IMG/VR virus record: IMGVR_UViG_3300015371_000003
Span: 32,001-96,000 of that record
Reading direction: 5' to 3' (one strand)
Source of the DNA: a virus
Length of the DNA: 64,000 nt
Below the pieces are notes generated by a model, which saw only the letters and a list, made by a program, of their open reading frames with translations, had not been told where the DNA came from and searched no databases. The position numbers and the translations under genes are program-made. Of this stretch, positions 35,077 to 43,629 are shown piece after piece (position 1 is the stretch's first letter; each line of letters opens with the position of its first letter).

Positions 35077-36153
35077 ATGCCGATTACGGAAGGCTTTACC
35101 ACACGGGGGATGGTCGCCAAAAGTGGCTACTCGTGTGTCGGTCCCCCCAAGCAAGGGCACATGGAGAAGCGGGGGCACCAGAAGAAACGGAAAGCCGCCT
35201 CCTATCTGGGGGTGTTGAAGTTTGATGAAAGTGCGGTCAATCGCCAACCAGCGGGTGCTCCCGGTAGCAAAGGCGGAGAATTCGCCCCGAAAGGTCAAGG
35301 ATTTAAGGGGAGTACCGGCAGCAGAACTGGTAAAGATTTGACGCCCGCTCAGCGAGCCATGCAGCGGACGTTGAAGGAACAGAGCCGCAAGCGCATCCAT
35401 AAAGTGGACACCCCCGAACAAGGGGTGGCGCTGATTCTCAAGGGCGAACGGGTGGAATTACGGGACACCAAAGATGTTCACACGGTCCTCAAAGAACTAG
35501 GCGAGATGGCGATCAAAGCCAAGGAAGCCTGTGGCGGGAAGGAACCGTGTGAAGGCGTCCCCAATTTCGATCCCTGTCTGGTGACGGTCAAAGGCACCAG
35601 CTTGTTTTGCTCTGAAAAACTCAAAACGAAAGAATTTCCTCACGGGATTCCGCGTATTGAGATGCCGCAGTTCAAGTCCAAGAATCCCGTGCCGGGGAGC
35701 GAAGCCGATAAACTGCCCCGTGATGCCAACGGAGAAGTGGATGCTACGGATGCGTTTCTCAAGCATCTGGATGAAGCAGGTGTGAAAACAAATTCGTATG
35801 ACACCGTGCTTGCCCGCAAATTGAAGGCGAGTCAGGCGGAGATGGAAGGCGCGAAAGTCGCCGCCATGATGCTGTCGTCACGGGATCCCAAGAAAGCCCG
35901 TATTGTGGTGTCGGCAGACAACTACGTGGTGGATGGGCACCACACGTGGGCCGCGTCGGTGGGCCGGGATGCTGAGGACGGCAATCTGGACAACGACAAA
36001 GAAATGGAAGTGGTCCGGATCAATCTGCCGATGTCCGACATCTATCAGTTGGCGGTGGAGTGGACCAAGACTTTTGGCATGCCGCAAGCCGGTATCAAAA
36101 AGCGTGATTGGTTGAGGGCTGTGCTCACCTTCGGGCAGGCGTCTCTCAACTGA
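35077..36153 (+). CDS. Tagged ParB/Srx-like domain protein
   Basis: MPITEGFTTR leader; YLGVLKFDES…GGEF; GIPRIEMPQF…LKASQ…IVVSADNYVVDGHHTWAA. Confidence 0.7.
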   Translation: MPITEGFTTRGMVAKSGYSCVGPPKQGHMEKRGHQKKRKAASYLGVLKFDESAVNRQPAGAPGSKGGEFAPKGQGFKGSTGSRTGKDLTPAQRAMQRTLKEQSRKRIHKVDTPEQGVALILKGERVELRDTKDVHTVLKELGEMAIKAKEACGGKEPCEGVPNFDPCLVTVKGTSLFCSEKLKTKEFPHGIPRIEMPQFKSKNPVPGSEADKLPRDANGEVDATDAFLKHLDEAGVKTNSYDTVLARKLKASQAEMEGAKVAAMMLSSRDPKKARIVVSADNYVVDGHHTWAASVGRDAEDGNLDNDKEMEVVRINLPMSDIYQLAVEWTKTFGMPQAGIKKRDWLRAVLTFGQASLN

Positions 36154-36164
36154 ATGGAGAGCCT

Positions 36165-36905
36165 ATGCCAACAAGACAGGTACTGATTCAGGGCATCATG
36201 ACGTGGGATGAGCCGACACAGCCTCAGCCCCCGAGTGGTGCTCACCCGGAGCATCCGATCTTCTATCCACCGGGGATCTGGGGACCGACCGATCCTCGTC
36301 CTTCGAATCCGATTGCCAACGTTCCCGGTATCAGCAATCCCAATCCTCCGGGGTGGGGTCAGCGACCGGAACATCCCATCGTGCTGCCTCCTCCGGGTGG
36401 TGGCGGTGGGACTCCTCCGGGGATCTGGGGGGGAGGCAATCAGCCGTTCCCCACGCCCCCGATTGCCAATGTGCCGGGGATCGACAATCCCAATCCTCCG
36501 GGCTGGCAACCGCCGGGGATCTGGGGTCCACCGGGACCGTGGCCCACTCCGCCGATTGCGTTTCCGCCCGGATGGGTAGGAGGCGTACCACCCGGTGGGG
36601 GGACTCCGCCGTCCGGTGCTCATCCGGAGCATCCCATCGTGCTGCCGCCGAACGTGCCGCCATCAGGACCGGGAGGTCCGAGCGGAGGCGTTCCGACGCA
36701 TCCCATCGGTGGGGTGCAAGGTCCAGCCGGGATGTTCGTGTGGTACTGGTCCCCGGCATGGGGGTGGTTCGCAGTGCCTGCGAGCGGGCCGATTCAGCCG
36801 CCGCAACAGCCACCGACGCAGCCTCCGACCGAGCCGCCGTTACCGGGAGATATTCCGCATCCGGAGCATCCGATTGTGCTGCCGCCGGAAGCGGAGCCGA
36901 AGTAG
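36165..36905 (+). CDS. Pro/Gly-rich repeat protein
   Basis: PEHPIxxPP x4, PGIWG x3, PIANVPGIxNPNPPGW x2; SD ggag. Confidence 0.65.
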   Translation: MPTRQVLIQGIMTWDEPTQPQPPSGAHPEHPIFYPPGIWGPTDPRPSNPIANVPGISNPNPPGWGQRPEHPIVLPPPGGGGGTPPGIWGGGNQPFPTPPIANVPGIDNPNPPGWQPPGIWGPPGPWPTPPIAFPPGWVGGVPPGGGTPPSGAHPEHPIVLPPNVPPSGPGGPSGGVPTHPIGGVQGPAGMFVWYWSPAWGWFAVPASGPIQPPQQPPTQPPTEPPLPGDIPHPEHPIVLPPEAEPK

Positions 36906-36919
36906 CAGGGGAGGGGCGT

Positions 36920-37516
36920 ATGCCGAAACCAAAACACAAGGCACTCGTGATCAAGAACGAAGAAGCACAACTTGTGTTTGGGGAGGTGTACGCCCCGAAC
37001 CGTCCCGACGCGCAAGGTGAGTACATGACGGCCACGGACATTCAGAAGATGGCCCATGAATTCATCCGGTCAGGCAAGATGGGTCAGATTGATGTGATGC
37101 ACGGGAACAAAGTGGTGACGGGCGCGAGTGTGGTTGAGTCCTTCGTGGCGGATGACACGGATTCCCGCTTCCTGCCCGGTTCGTGGGTGATCGGTGTCCA
37201 CATTCCCGATCCTCAACTCTGGTCTGCCATCAAGAAGGGTGAAATCAACGGCTTCAGCATGGAAGCCTTGGTGACACGCCATGAGATGGATGTGGAAGTC
37301 GAAATTCCTCCGGTGGTCACAGGCTTGACCAGTAAGCATGACGATCATCAACACAAATTTTTCGTCGCCTACGACCAAAAAGGGGAATTCAAAGGCGGTG
37401 TGACGGATACGGTCAATGGGCATTTCCATGCGATTGTCGCCGGGACACATACTCAGGATGCCGCAGGCCACCGTCACCGCTTTTCTAGCGTTGATAACGT
37501 GCGGATTCTAGGGTAG
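36920..37516 (+). CDS. XkdF-like prohead serine protease with a His-rich tail
   Basis: LVFGEVYAPNRPDAQGE…IDVMH…VVESF…GSWVIG…WSAIKKGEINGFSME; C-terminal HxH repeats. Confidence 0.85.
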   Translation: MPKPKHKALVIKNEEAQLVFGEVYAPNRPDAQGEYMTATDIQKMAHEFIRSGKMGQIDVMHGNKVVTGASVVESFVADDTDSRFLPGSWVIGVHIPDPQLWSAIKKGEINGFSMEALVTRHEMDVEVEIPPVVTGLTSKHDDHQHKFFVAYDQKGEFKGGVTDTVNGHFHAIVAGTHTQDAAGHRHRFSSVDNVRILG

Positions 37517-37526
37517 TCTTGCACAC

Positions 37527-38621
37527 ATGGCTACGATTCAAACCAAGCTGAAGCAGTTGCGAAACGCGGATGTCCGGTTTATTTCGCTGGTGGATCGTGC
37601 CGCCACGCGCATTCCCTTCCGGGTGCTGAAGCGGAACAAGGAGAATTCGATGGGCATTGATTTGACGAGCGTGTTCAAGTCGGAGGCACAAGTACCGCCA
37701 CACGTCTCGGCAGTGGTGGTCTTTGCCCAGAAGAATGAAGCCGCCGGGAAGCAGATCGCGGAGGCGATCAAGGCCCACGGCTTCATCACGGATCGGGTGC
37801 AGAAATCTGACGAGGGAGAAACGCTGGTGTTCTCCCAAGGCGATCAGCCGAAGGACACCGTGGTCGTGCGTCTGAGCGATCAGATGCTGGTGTCGGTAGC
37901 TGGTCTGGGCATCCCCGAAGGATGGGTGGGGGATCTGGTCGAGGAGCACGGTTTCTTCCCCGATCTGGCAATGGCGAATGCGGCGATGGAAGATCGGTTG
38001 CAGGAAGTCGTCACCAAGTCCGAAGCCCCGCAGCAGGACGCCCAAGCGGTGCTCACCAGCTATGCTCAGTACGTGAGCCAGATGGCGGTGTTGCCGACCG
38101 CCGTGTTCAAGCTGGATGAAGCCATCCGTGACATCGTGCAGAAGTGCGCGTGTCAGGAACCGGCGGAAAAAACCGACGATGCCTCGCCCACCAAGAAGAT
38201 CGTGGAGAAGGCGGCAGGCACCACGGAAACCGACGCGGAGAAAGCGAAGCGAGTCAAGAACCATCCGCCTGCGGAGATGGCTCCTCCGGACGAAGACGAC
38301 GATCAGAAACCACCACCGGATGAAGTCAACAAGTCCGACGAATCGGCTATTCTCACGGCGCTGAAGGGCATCGAAACGACCGTCTCCGGGTTGTCCGCCA
38401 AGCTGGAAACGGTTGTCACCGAGCAAGTCGCGCAGAAGAAAGTGCTTGACGACGTGGTGCAGAAATCCGACACTCTGGCAACTACGTTGAAGTCCACCGT
38501 GACGGCTCCCCCGCTCGCAGGGGATCATCCGGCGGGCCTTCCCCGGATGCGGGTGGAGAAGCAGGACACGGATCCCCGCACGGGCAATTTCGACACGGCG
38601 TTTCTCCGGAGACGGCGCTAG
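37527..38621 (+). CDS. Scaffold protein with an N-terminal protease-type SLVD strand
   Basis: LRNADVRFISLVDRAA; many (V/I)xK(S/A) motifs; coiled coil; lies between protease and capsid genes. Confidence 0.7.
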   Translation: MATIQTKLKQLRNADVRFISLVDRAATRIPFRVLKRNKENSMGIDLTSVFKSEAQVPPHVSAVVVFAQKNEAAGKQIAEAIKAHGFITDRVQKSDEGETLVFSQGDQPKDTVVVRLSDQMLVSVAGLGIPEGWVGDLVEEHGFFPDLAMANAAMEDRLQEVVTKSEAPQQDAQAVLTSYAQYVSQMAVLPTAVFKLDEAIRDIVQKCACQEPAEKTDDASPTKKIVEKAAGTTETDAEKAKRVKNHPPAEMAPPDEDDDQKPPPDEVNKSDESAILTALKGIETTVSGLSAKLETVVTEQVAQKKVLDDVVQKSDTLATTLKSTVTAPPLAGDHPAGLPRMRVEKQDTDPRTGNFDTAFLRRRR

Positions 38622-38661
38622 ATCACGGTTCACCGGCAGTTCTTTTTGGTAAGGAGCAGAC

Positions 38662-39606
38662 ATGACGAATCAGGAAGTGATCATCCAGAAAGCTGATCTG
38701 GCGCTGAGTGATCTGGCGACCGCCGGGAAGCTGAATCCCGAGCAGACCGACCGGTTCATTCGGACGCTGATCGATCAGCCGACGTTGCTCGCCTCTGTCC
38801 GCACGGTGGCGATGGGCGCTCCGCAGATGAAGATCAACAAGATCGGATTCGGGAGCCGCATTCTGCACCCGGCAGTCAGCGCCACCCCGCTGCCTGACAA
38901 CCTCCGCTCGAAACCCGATCTGGGTCAGGTCCAACTCGAAACCGCCGAAGTCATCGCGGAAGTTCACATTCCGTACGATGTCATCGAGGACAACATCGAG
39001 AAGGGCAACGTCAACGTGCCGATGCAAACCGGCGCGGGCGGATTGCATCAGACCATCGTGGACCTGATGGCGGAACGGGCGGCTCTCGATCTGGAGGAAC
39101 TTGCCATTCAGGGCGATACCACCAACGTGGGGGATCCCTATCTGGCCCTTCAGGACGGGTACCTGAAGATGGCGACGGCGAACGTCGTCAACGTCGGGGG
39201 CGCGTTCGACAAGACGGCGGTCAAACAGGCGCTCAAGACGATGCCCACCCGGTACCTCCGGAACCGGAGTGCCATGTCGCACTTCGTCTCCGTGGACAAC
39301 GAGACGGAAATCCGTGACCAGTACGGCGCACGGCAGACGGCACTCGGGGATCAGCAGTTGCAGGGGCTGCTGCCCGTTTACATCTACGGTTCGAAGGTCG
39401 TGCCGGTTGCCATGATGTTGGGCACCAGCGGGCTGTTCACCGATCCGATGAACCTGATCTTCGGGATCCAGCGCAACATCATGATCGAGTACGACAAGGA
39501 CATCCGGGCGCGGGTGTTCATCATCGTGCTGACGGCCCGCATCGACTTCGCCATCGAAGAAGCGAACGCCGTCGTCAAGTACACCGGCATCACCGGAAGC
39601 CGGTAG
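38662..39606 (+). CDS. Major capsid protein (XkdG/HK97-fold)
   Basis: GKLNPEQTDRFI…IEDNIE…DLEELAIQGD…NLIFGIQRNI…ARIDFAIEE; strongly biased codons; SD aaggag. Confidence 0.9.
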   Translation: MTNQEVIIQKADLALSDLATAGKLNPEQTDRFIRTLIDQPTLLASVRTVAMGAPQMKINKIGFGSRILHPAVSATPLPDNLRSKPDLGQVQLETAEVIAEVHIPYDVIEDNIEKGNVNVPMQTGAGGLHQTIVDLMAERAALDLEELAIQGDTTNVGDPYLALQDGYLKMATANVVNVGGAFDKTAVKQALKTMPTRYLRNRSAMSHFVSVDNETEIRDQYGARQTALGDQQLQGLLPVYIYGSKVVPVAMMLGTSGLFTDPMNLIFGIQRNIMIEYDKDIRARVFIIVLTARIDFAIEEANAVVKYTGITGSR

Positions 39607-39670
39607 GCACTCTCCTTGCTTTGGTTCAGGCCGGTTTTATTGGTGGAGTAGGAACGACAAGGAGGATGCG

Positions 39671-40183
39671 TTGACTGACAAGCATGACAAGACGCCGTTG
39701 GAGTCCAAGTTGGGGCAGAAAACGGAAATCGTCGGTGGGAAGCCGATGACCCCGGAGGAAGCCCAACAGAACGTCAAGCAAGTCGAGGCGGAGCAGGCCA
39801 AGCTGTCCGATCCGGGCGAACGCAACGTTCCGCCGGATGCCAAGGTAAACCAGCCGCCGCAGCCGTCTCACCCCGAAACCATCCGTTCCGCGAAGGAGAC
39901 GGAGAAGGAAAGCGGCGAGTCCAAGGCCAAGCGCGTGGACACCGCTGACGTAGATCCTGCCGGGGAGAAAGCTCCCGCCGGGTGGGGCAAGAAGCCGACC
40001 GTCTACGTCATGACCAACGTGGACGGCGAGAAGATGAACGTGACGGTCAAGCAGTGGGCCAAGCACGGACAGCTTCTCCGCGCCAAGGGCTGGACCACGC
40101 CGGAATTCGCGGAAGGCGATCAGGGGGGCAGCGAGCCGATCCCCGGCGATGTCGTGTGGGGCAAGGACAAGCCCGAGGAGTAA
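39671..40183 (+). CDS. Charged hypothetical protein
   Basis: SD ggagg then TTG; 170 aa following the capsid gene. Confidence 0.6.
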   Translation: MTDKHDKTPLESKLGQKTEIVGGKPMTPEEAQQNVKQVEAEQAKLSDPGERNVPPDAKVNQPPQPSHPETIRSAKETEKESGESKAKRVDTADVDPAGEKAPAGWGKKPTVYVMTNVDGEKMNVTVKQWAKHGQLLRAKGWTTPEFAEGDQGGSEPIPGDVVWGKDKPEE

Positions 40184-40207
40184 GTCATTCTCGGTCCTAC
40201 CGGATGA

Positions 40208-40236
40208 GGGAGGCGAGTACGTGGCCTCCCTTTTTT
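40208..40236 (+). terminator. Rho-independent terminator
   Basis: GGGAGGC-loop-GCCTCCC followed by T6. Confidence 0.8.
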
Positions 40237-40295
40237 GTTGCACTTGATTGCACCACAAAGTGTGGTAAGCTGTGGCTCCATCCAAAGGAGTGCTG

Positions 40296-40601
40296 ATGCC
40301 ACAATTTCCGCGCCCGATCAAGTTTCAGACGCCTGCCATGCGTGTTGCACAGCCGGTAGATTATCTCGGAAACGGCACTATCGTCCGCTCCACCTACAAG
40401 GAAGGCGAATTCAGCATTCAGGGTCCGGACGGACAGTGGCTGTCTCCCTGTCAGGAAGGCAACCCGATGAACGACCAGTGGGCGGGAGCCGTGCTGGATC
40501 AGGAGTCGTTCGCCCCGGATCCGAATCTTCCCAACGTTCTTATCATTGACCGCAGTCGGTTCGAAGGGGGCAAGTCCTACACACTGGTGATCTTCGGATG
40601 A
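40296..40601 (+). CDS. Hypothetical protein
   Basis: SD aaggag, 101 aa. Confidence 0.55.
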   Translation: MPQFPRPIKFQTPAMRVAQPVDYLGNGTIVRSTYKEGEFSIQGPDGQWLSPCQEGNPMNDQWAGAVLDQESFAPDPNLPNVLIIDRSRFEGGKSYTLVIFG

Positions 40602-41689
40602 CTCCCGCGATTGATGTCACCCGTGGCGTCGGCAGTCTGATAGGCGCACCCTCTGGCGGAGGCGGTGGACGGCATCCTATCCCCACGCCAGTACAGCGGG
40701 AGCCGCTGCCCCCGTTTGATCCGAATACCACCGACAAGGAAACCGGTTCTCCCCTGCCGGTGTACACAACACTTCCCAGACCGTTCCCCCCGTTGGATGA
40801 TCCCAATTACATGCGAGCCGATTTATGGAGTCTCACGATTCCCGGCTTGCCACCGATTCCCGGTGGGGCGGGTGGGCCTGCTCAGGAACGGGTGCTCACC
40901 TATTTGTGGGAACGCTACGGCATGGTGCCGGGGGACTGGCAACAGAAAATCCTGAAAGCCTACGGTGAAGCGGGCCTCCGGCTGTTCGTTCGTTCGTGGC
41001 CGGATGAACGGAGTGCCAGCGGGATTTCGGTGCAGCAGTACGTCGATGACACCAAGCGCATTCAGGATGCGGGCCTCGACAACGGGCACATGCTCCGCAG
41101 CAAGTACTACGACGGTCCGGACAATTACACCACTTGCGATGAGGTGGTGGACGCGCTTGTCAAGATCAACGGGATTCAGTGGGCCGCACATGCGTGGGAA
41201 GCGAGTCTCTGGATGTCCCCGGAGCAGTACCGCCGCATGATTGACCACGACGCGCTTCGGCATCCCGATATTCGTTGGTTGATTCACCTCCAAGAGCACT
41301 ATGCTGACTTCGGCCCAGACGGAGCAGGTCACTCGAAGAAATTTTGGGAAGCCAATTTTGCCGTGGGCGTGCGTCATCTGGCGTATCAGCATGTGACCAC
41401 GAGCGGTTCTCCGAATGACCCGTGGGCCGCAGGGATGATGGCGGCACGTCTCGAAGATGTACAGGTCCGTCGTGTGGCCGGAGGGCTGTGGGGGTTGTCG
41501 CAGTCGTTCGAAATAATTGATTTCGAACGGACGGCGCAGTTGCAATTCAACAACCAAAGGGACGGCGACGGCAACATCGCGGATGAACTGCACGGCAACT
41601 TGAAAGGCTATGAGAATTCGTGTCACCCCAAGGTGGTGATGGCTGGATACGGCAACGGCAATCGGAAGCCGGATGGGAGCTACGCATGA
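40598..41689 (+). CDS. Hypothetical protein (Pro-rich N-terminus, possible alpha/beta enzyme domain)
   Basis: 363 aa, ATGA coupling. Confidence 0.6.
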   Translation: MTPAIDVTRGVGSLIGAPSGGGGGRHPIPTPVQREPLPPFDPNTTDKETGSPLPVYTTLPRPFPPLDDPNYMRADLWSLTIPGLPPIPGGAGGPAQERVLTYLWERYGMVPGDWQQKILKAYGEAGLRLFVRSWPDERSASGISVQQYVDDTKRIQDAGLDNGHMLRSKYYDGPDNYTTCDEVVDALVKINGIQWAAHAWEASLWMSPEQYRRMIDHDALRHPDIRWLIHLQEHYADFGPDGAGHSKKFWEANFAVGVRHLAYQHVTTSGSPNDPWAAGMMAARLEDVQVRRVAGGLWGLSQSFEIIDFERTAQLQFNNQRDGDGNIADELHGNLKGYENSCHPKVVMAGYGNGNRKPDGSYA

Positions 41690-41901
41690 CACCGAAGCCA
41701 CCGCCTGCGGTTCTCGAACGTGTGGAAGAAGCCCTCCGGAATCTCAAGGGCACGCGCAACGAGCAAGAGGAGCAGGAAGCTGTCTCCCGAGCCGTGAGCG
41801 TCCCGTTGGTTGCCGCCAAGTGGTTGATCGCCCACGTCCGGGGCGAGGAGAAAGTCGTTGCGGATCCGCAATACATTCCCGGTGGGAAGGGCGGATGTTG
41901 A
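41686..41901 (+). CDS. Small hypothetical protein
   Basis: ATGA coupling, 71 aa. Confidence 0.45.
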   Translation: MTPKPPPAVLERVEEALRNLKGTRNEQEEQEAVSRAVSVPLVAAKWLIAHVRGEEKVVADPQYIPGGKGGC

Positions 41902-41954
41902 ACTAGGTGTTGCACTTGCAGTAAACTCGCGTCAAAGGAGTAGCCTGTGACGTT

Positions 41955-42356
41955 ATGGCCTTGAAAACTTCGGACAAGCCCGCCGCCACGCCCGCCCAAC
42001 CGCCGTTTACGCAGACGACGGTGTTGGAGTTGGCCCTGTACAAGTTGTATACGTGGCAGAACAACACGTATGAACAGGGCAAGCCCTATCGCTTTCGCAA
42101 CGAGGATGCGATGTTGCTTCTCGGAGAACAGGATCTGGGCCGTCAAGTTTGGAAGCTGTATCAGCCGCCCAAGAAGCGGGAAGCTCCCAAACATGAAATC
42201 GTGGACGCCACACGAGTGGTTGCCACGCGCCCGGTGGAAGATGTCGGCTTCGGCACGCTGAACAAAGCCTCAGGCCGCATTGAAGTGGGCACCGATGACG
42301 AGATTCAAGACATTCTGGAGCGGAACGAAGAAGGCGGTGGAGATGTGACGGTCTAG
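41955..42356 (+). CDS. Hypothetical protein (head-tail region)
   Basis: SD aaggag; preceded by TTGAAC-18-TAAACT. Confidence 0.6.
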   Translation: MALKTSDKPAATPAQPPFTQTTVLELALYKLYTWQNNTYEQGKPYRFRNEDAMLLLGEQDLGRQVWKLYQPPKKREAPKHEIVDATRVVATRPVEDVGFGTLNKASGRIEVGTDDEIQDILERNEEGGGDVTV

Positions 42357-42358
42357 TC

Positions 42359-43168
42359 ATGTCCCCCACCAAGATGCACATGCCGTTGTTCGTGGATCCG
42401 CAGGATGTGATTCTGCGGATGCAGTTGAGTCCTGACCTGACGGGCATCGAAGACGTGGTTACGTCAGGCATCATCGGAGCACAACTCCATGTGGAACGCA
42501 TCATTGATGGACGCCTATCTCGACAAGCCCAAGACTGCCTATTCTTCATCGATGCGGAGTCCTTCTCTGGAATCGCTCCGGGCGGTGCTTACCGACTGGA
42601 AATCCCAAGCGGGCTGGTCCGACAGGATGTCCCCCAGAACGTATCATCCTCAACCGGGACGGTTAGTGGCCCCTTTACGGACTACGAAGCGGTTCAGACG
42701 AACCTGATGAAGTTTGATTACAACCGAGGCTACTTGTACCTCGACACGCAGTATGCGAATAACCACATTCGCGTGACGTGTGAAACGGGGTACGAGGACG
42801 GCACCCGCCCGCTCCCGCCCACGGGGTTGCCGGATTTCGATGACACGGTGCAATATCAAGTTGGGGACCGAGTGGCGTATCTTGAAGCTGCCTTTGAATG
42901 TACGGCGGCTCCGCCCGTTGGTACGGTCCCCACCACCGCCGCGTATTGGAAGCGAGCACTCGTCCCGCAGGAACCGCTACCGGATGCCATCTACGAAGCG
43001 ATCATGTCGCTGGTGCCGATGGTGTTCAACGCGAATCAAACGACCAACCGGAGCGACGAAGCCAAGAACCAGTACCAGACGTTGACGGATCACGCCAACC
43101 TGTTGCTGCAACCGTGGGTGCGGACCAAAGGGTTTACGTTCCGCACGGTGTTTGGACATACGGGATGA
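42359..43168 (+). CDS. Head-tail adaptor with an inserted CBM5/12-like module
   Basis: gp6/gp15-like termini (IRVTCETGY…LPDAIYEAI…LLQPW) interrupted by FDDTVQYQVGDRVAY…FEC…P….YW. Confidence 0.6.
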   Translation: MSPTKMHMPLFVDPQDVILRMQLSPDLTGIEDVVTSGIIGAQLHVERIIDGRLSRQAQDCLFFIDAESFSGIAPGGAYRLEIPSGLVRQDVPQNVSSSTGTVSGPFTDYEAVQTNLMKFDYNRGYLYLDTQYANNHIRVTCETGYEDGTRPLPPTGLPDFDDTVQYQVGDRVAYLEAAFECTAAPPVGTVPTTAAYWKRALVPQEPLPDAIYEAIMSLVPMVFNANQTTNRSDEAKNQYQTLTDHANLLLQPWVRTKGFTFRTVFGHTG

Positions 43169-43629
43169 GACTCCTCAGCGTCACCGTCCAAGGGCAACCC
43201 GGCTTGGTAAAAGCCATGCAGGGGATGGCCGATGCCCTCGATACGGTGAAGATTCTGGACGAAGGGGCAGCGGTCATCTACAACCGCATGCGCTCCCGGT
43301 TTCTGGTGGAGACGGATCCGTTGGGGAACAAGTGGCCCCCGAGTCAAGCGGCTCTCAGGCGAGCACGGTCAGGACGGGGTGGTGGGACGCTGTTCGACAG
43401 CGGGAAGCTGTTTCGCAGCATTCAGTTGTATGCGGACAGCCCAACTACCCGAGCGATTGGGACCAACGTTACGTCTCCACAAGGCTACTTCTATCCCTAT
43501 CAGCATCAATATGGGATTGGCTTCCCACAGCGGCAATTCTTGGGCTTCGCCCCTGAGGACATGGACGTGATGTCCAAAGTCATCATCAACCGTGTCGTGA
43601 GGGGATTGAAGCAGGGGATGACGCCGTGA
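43165..43629 (+). CDS. Virion morphogenesis protein (Mu gpG / P2 S-like)
   Basis: RF..ETDP.G.KWPP…LFDSGKLFRSI…IGTN…HQYG..FPQRQFLG. Confidence 0.8.
   Translation: MRLLSVTVQGQPGLVKAMQGMADALDTVKILDEGAAVIYNRMRSRFLVETDPLGNKWPPSQAALRRARSGRGGGTLFDSGKLFRSIQLYADSPTTRAIGTNVTSPQGYFYPYQHQYGIGFPQRQFLGFAPEDMDVMSKVIINRVVRGLKQGMTP

Noticed and set aside
24279-35283. Tag repeats as a CRISPR array or integron attC-like DNA sites
   Set aside because: The repeats are in-frame coding, kilobases apart, vary at synonymous positions and are not palindromic; no cas or integrase gene is seen.
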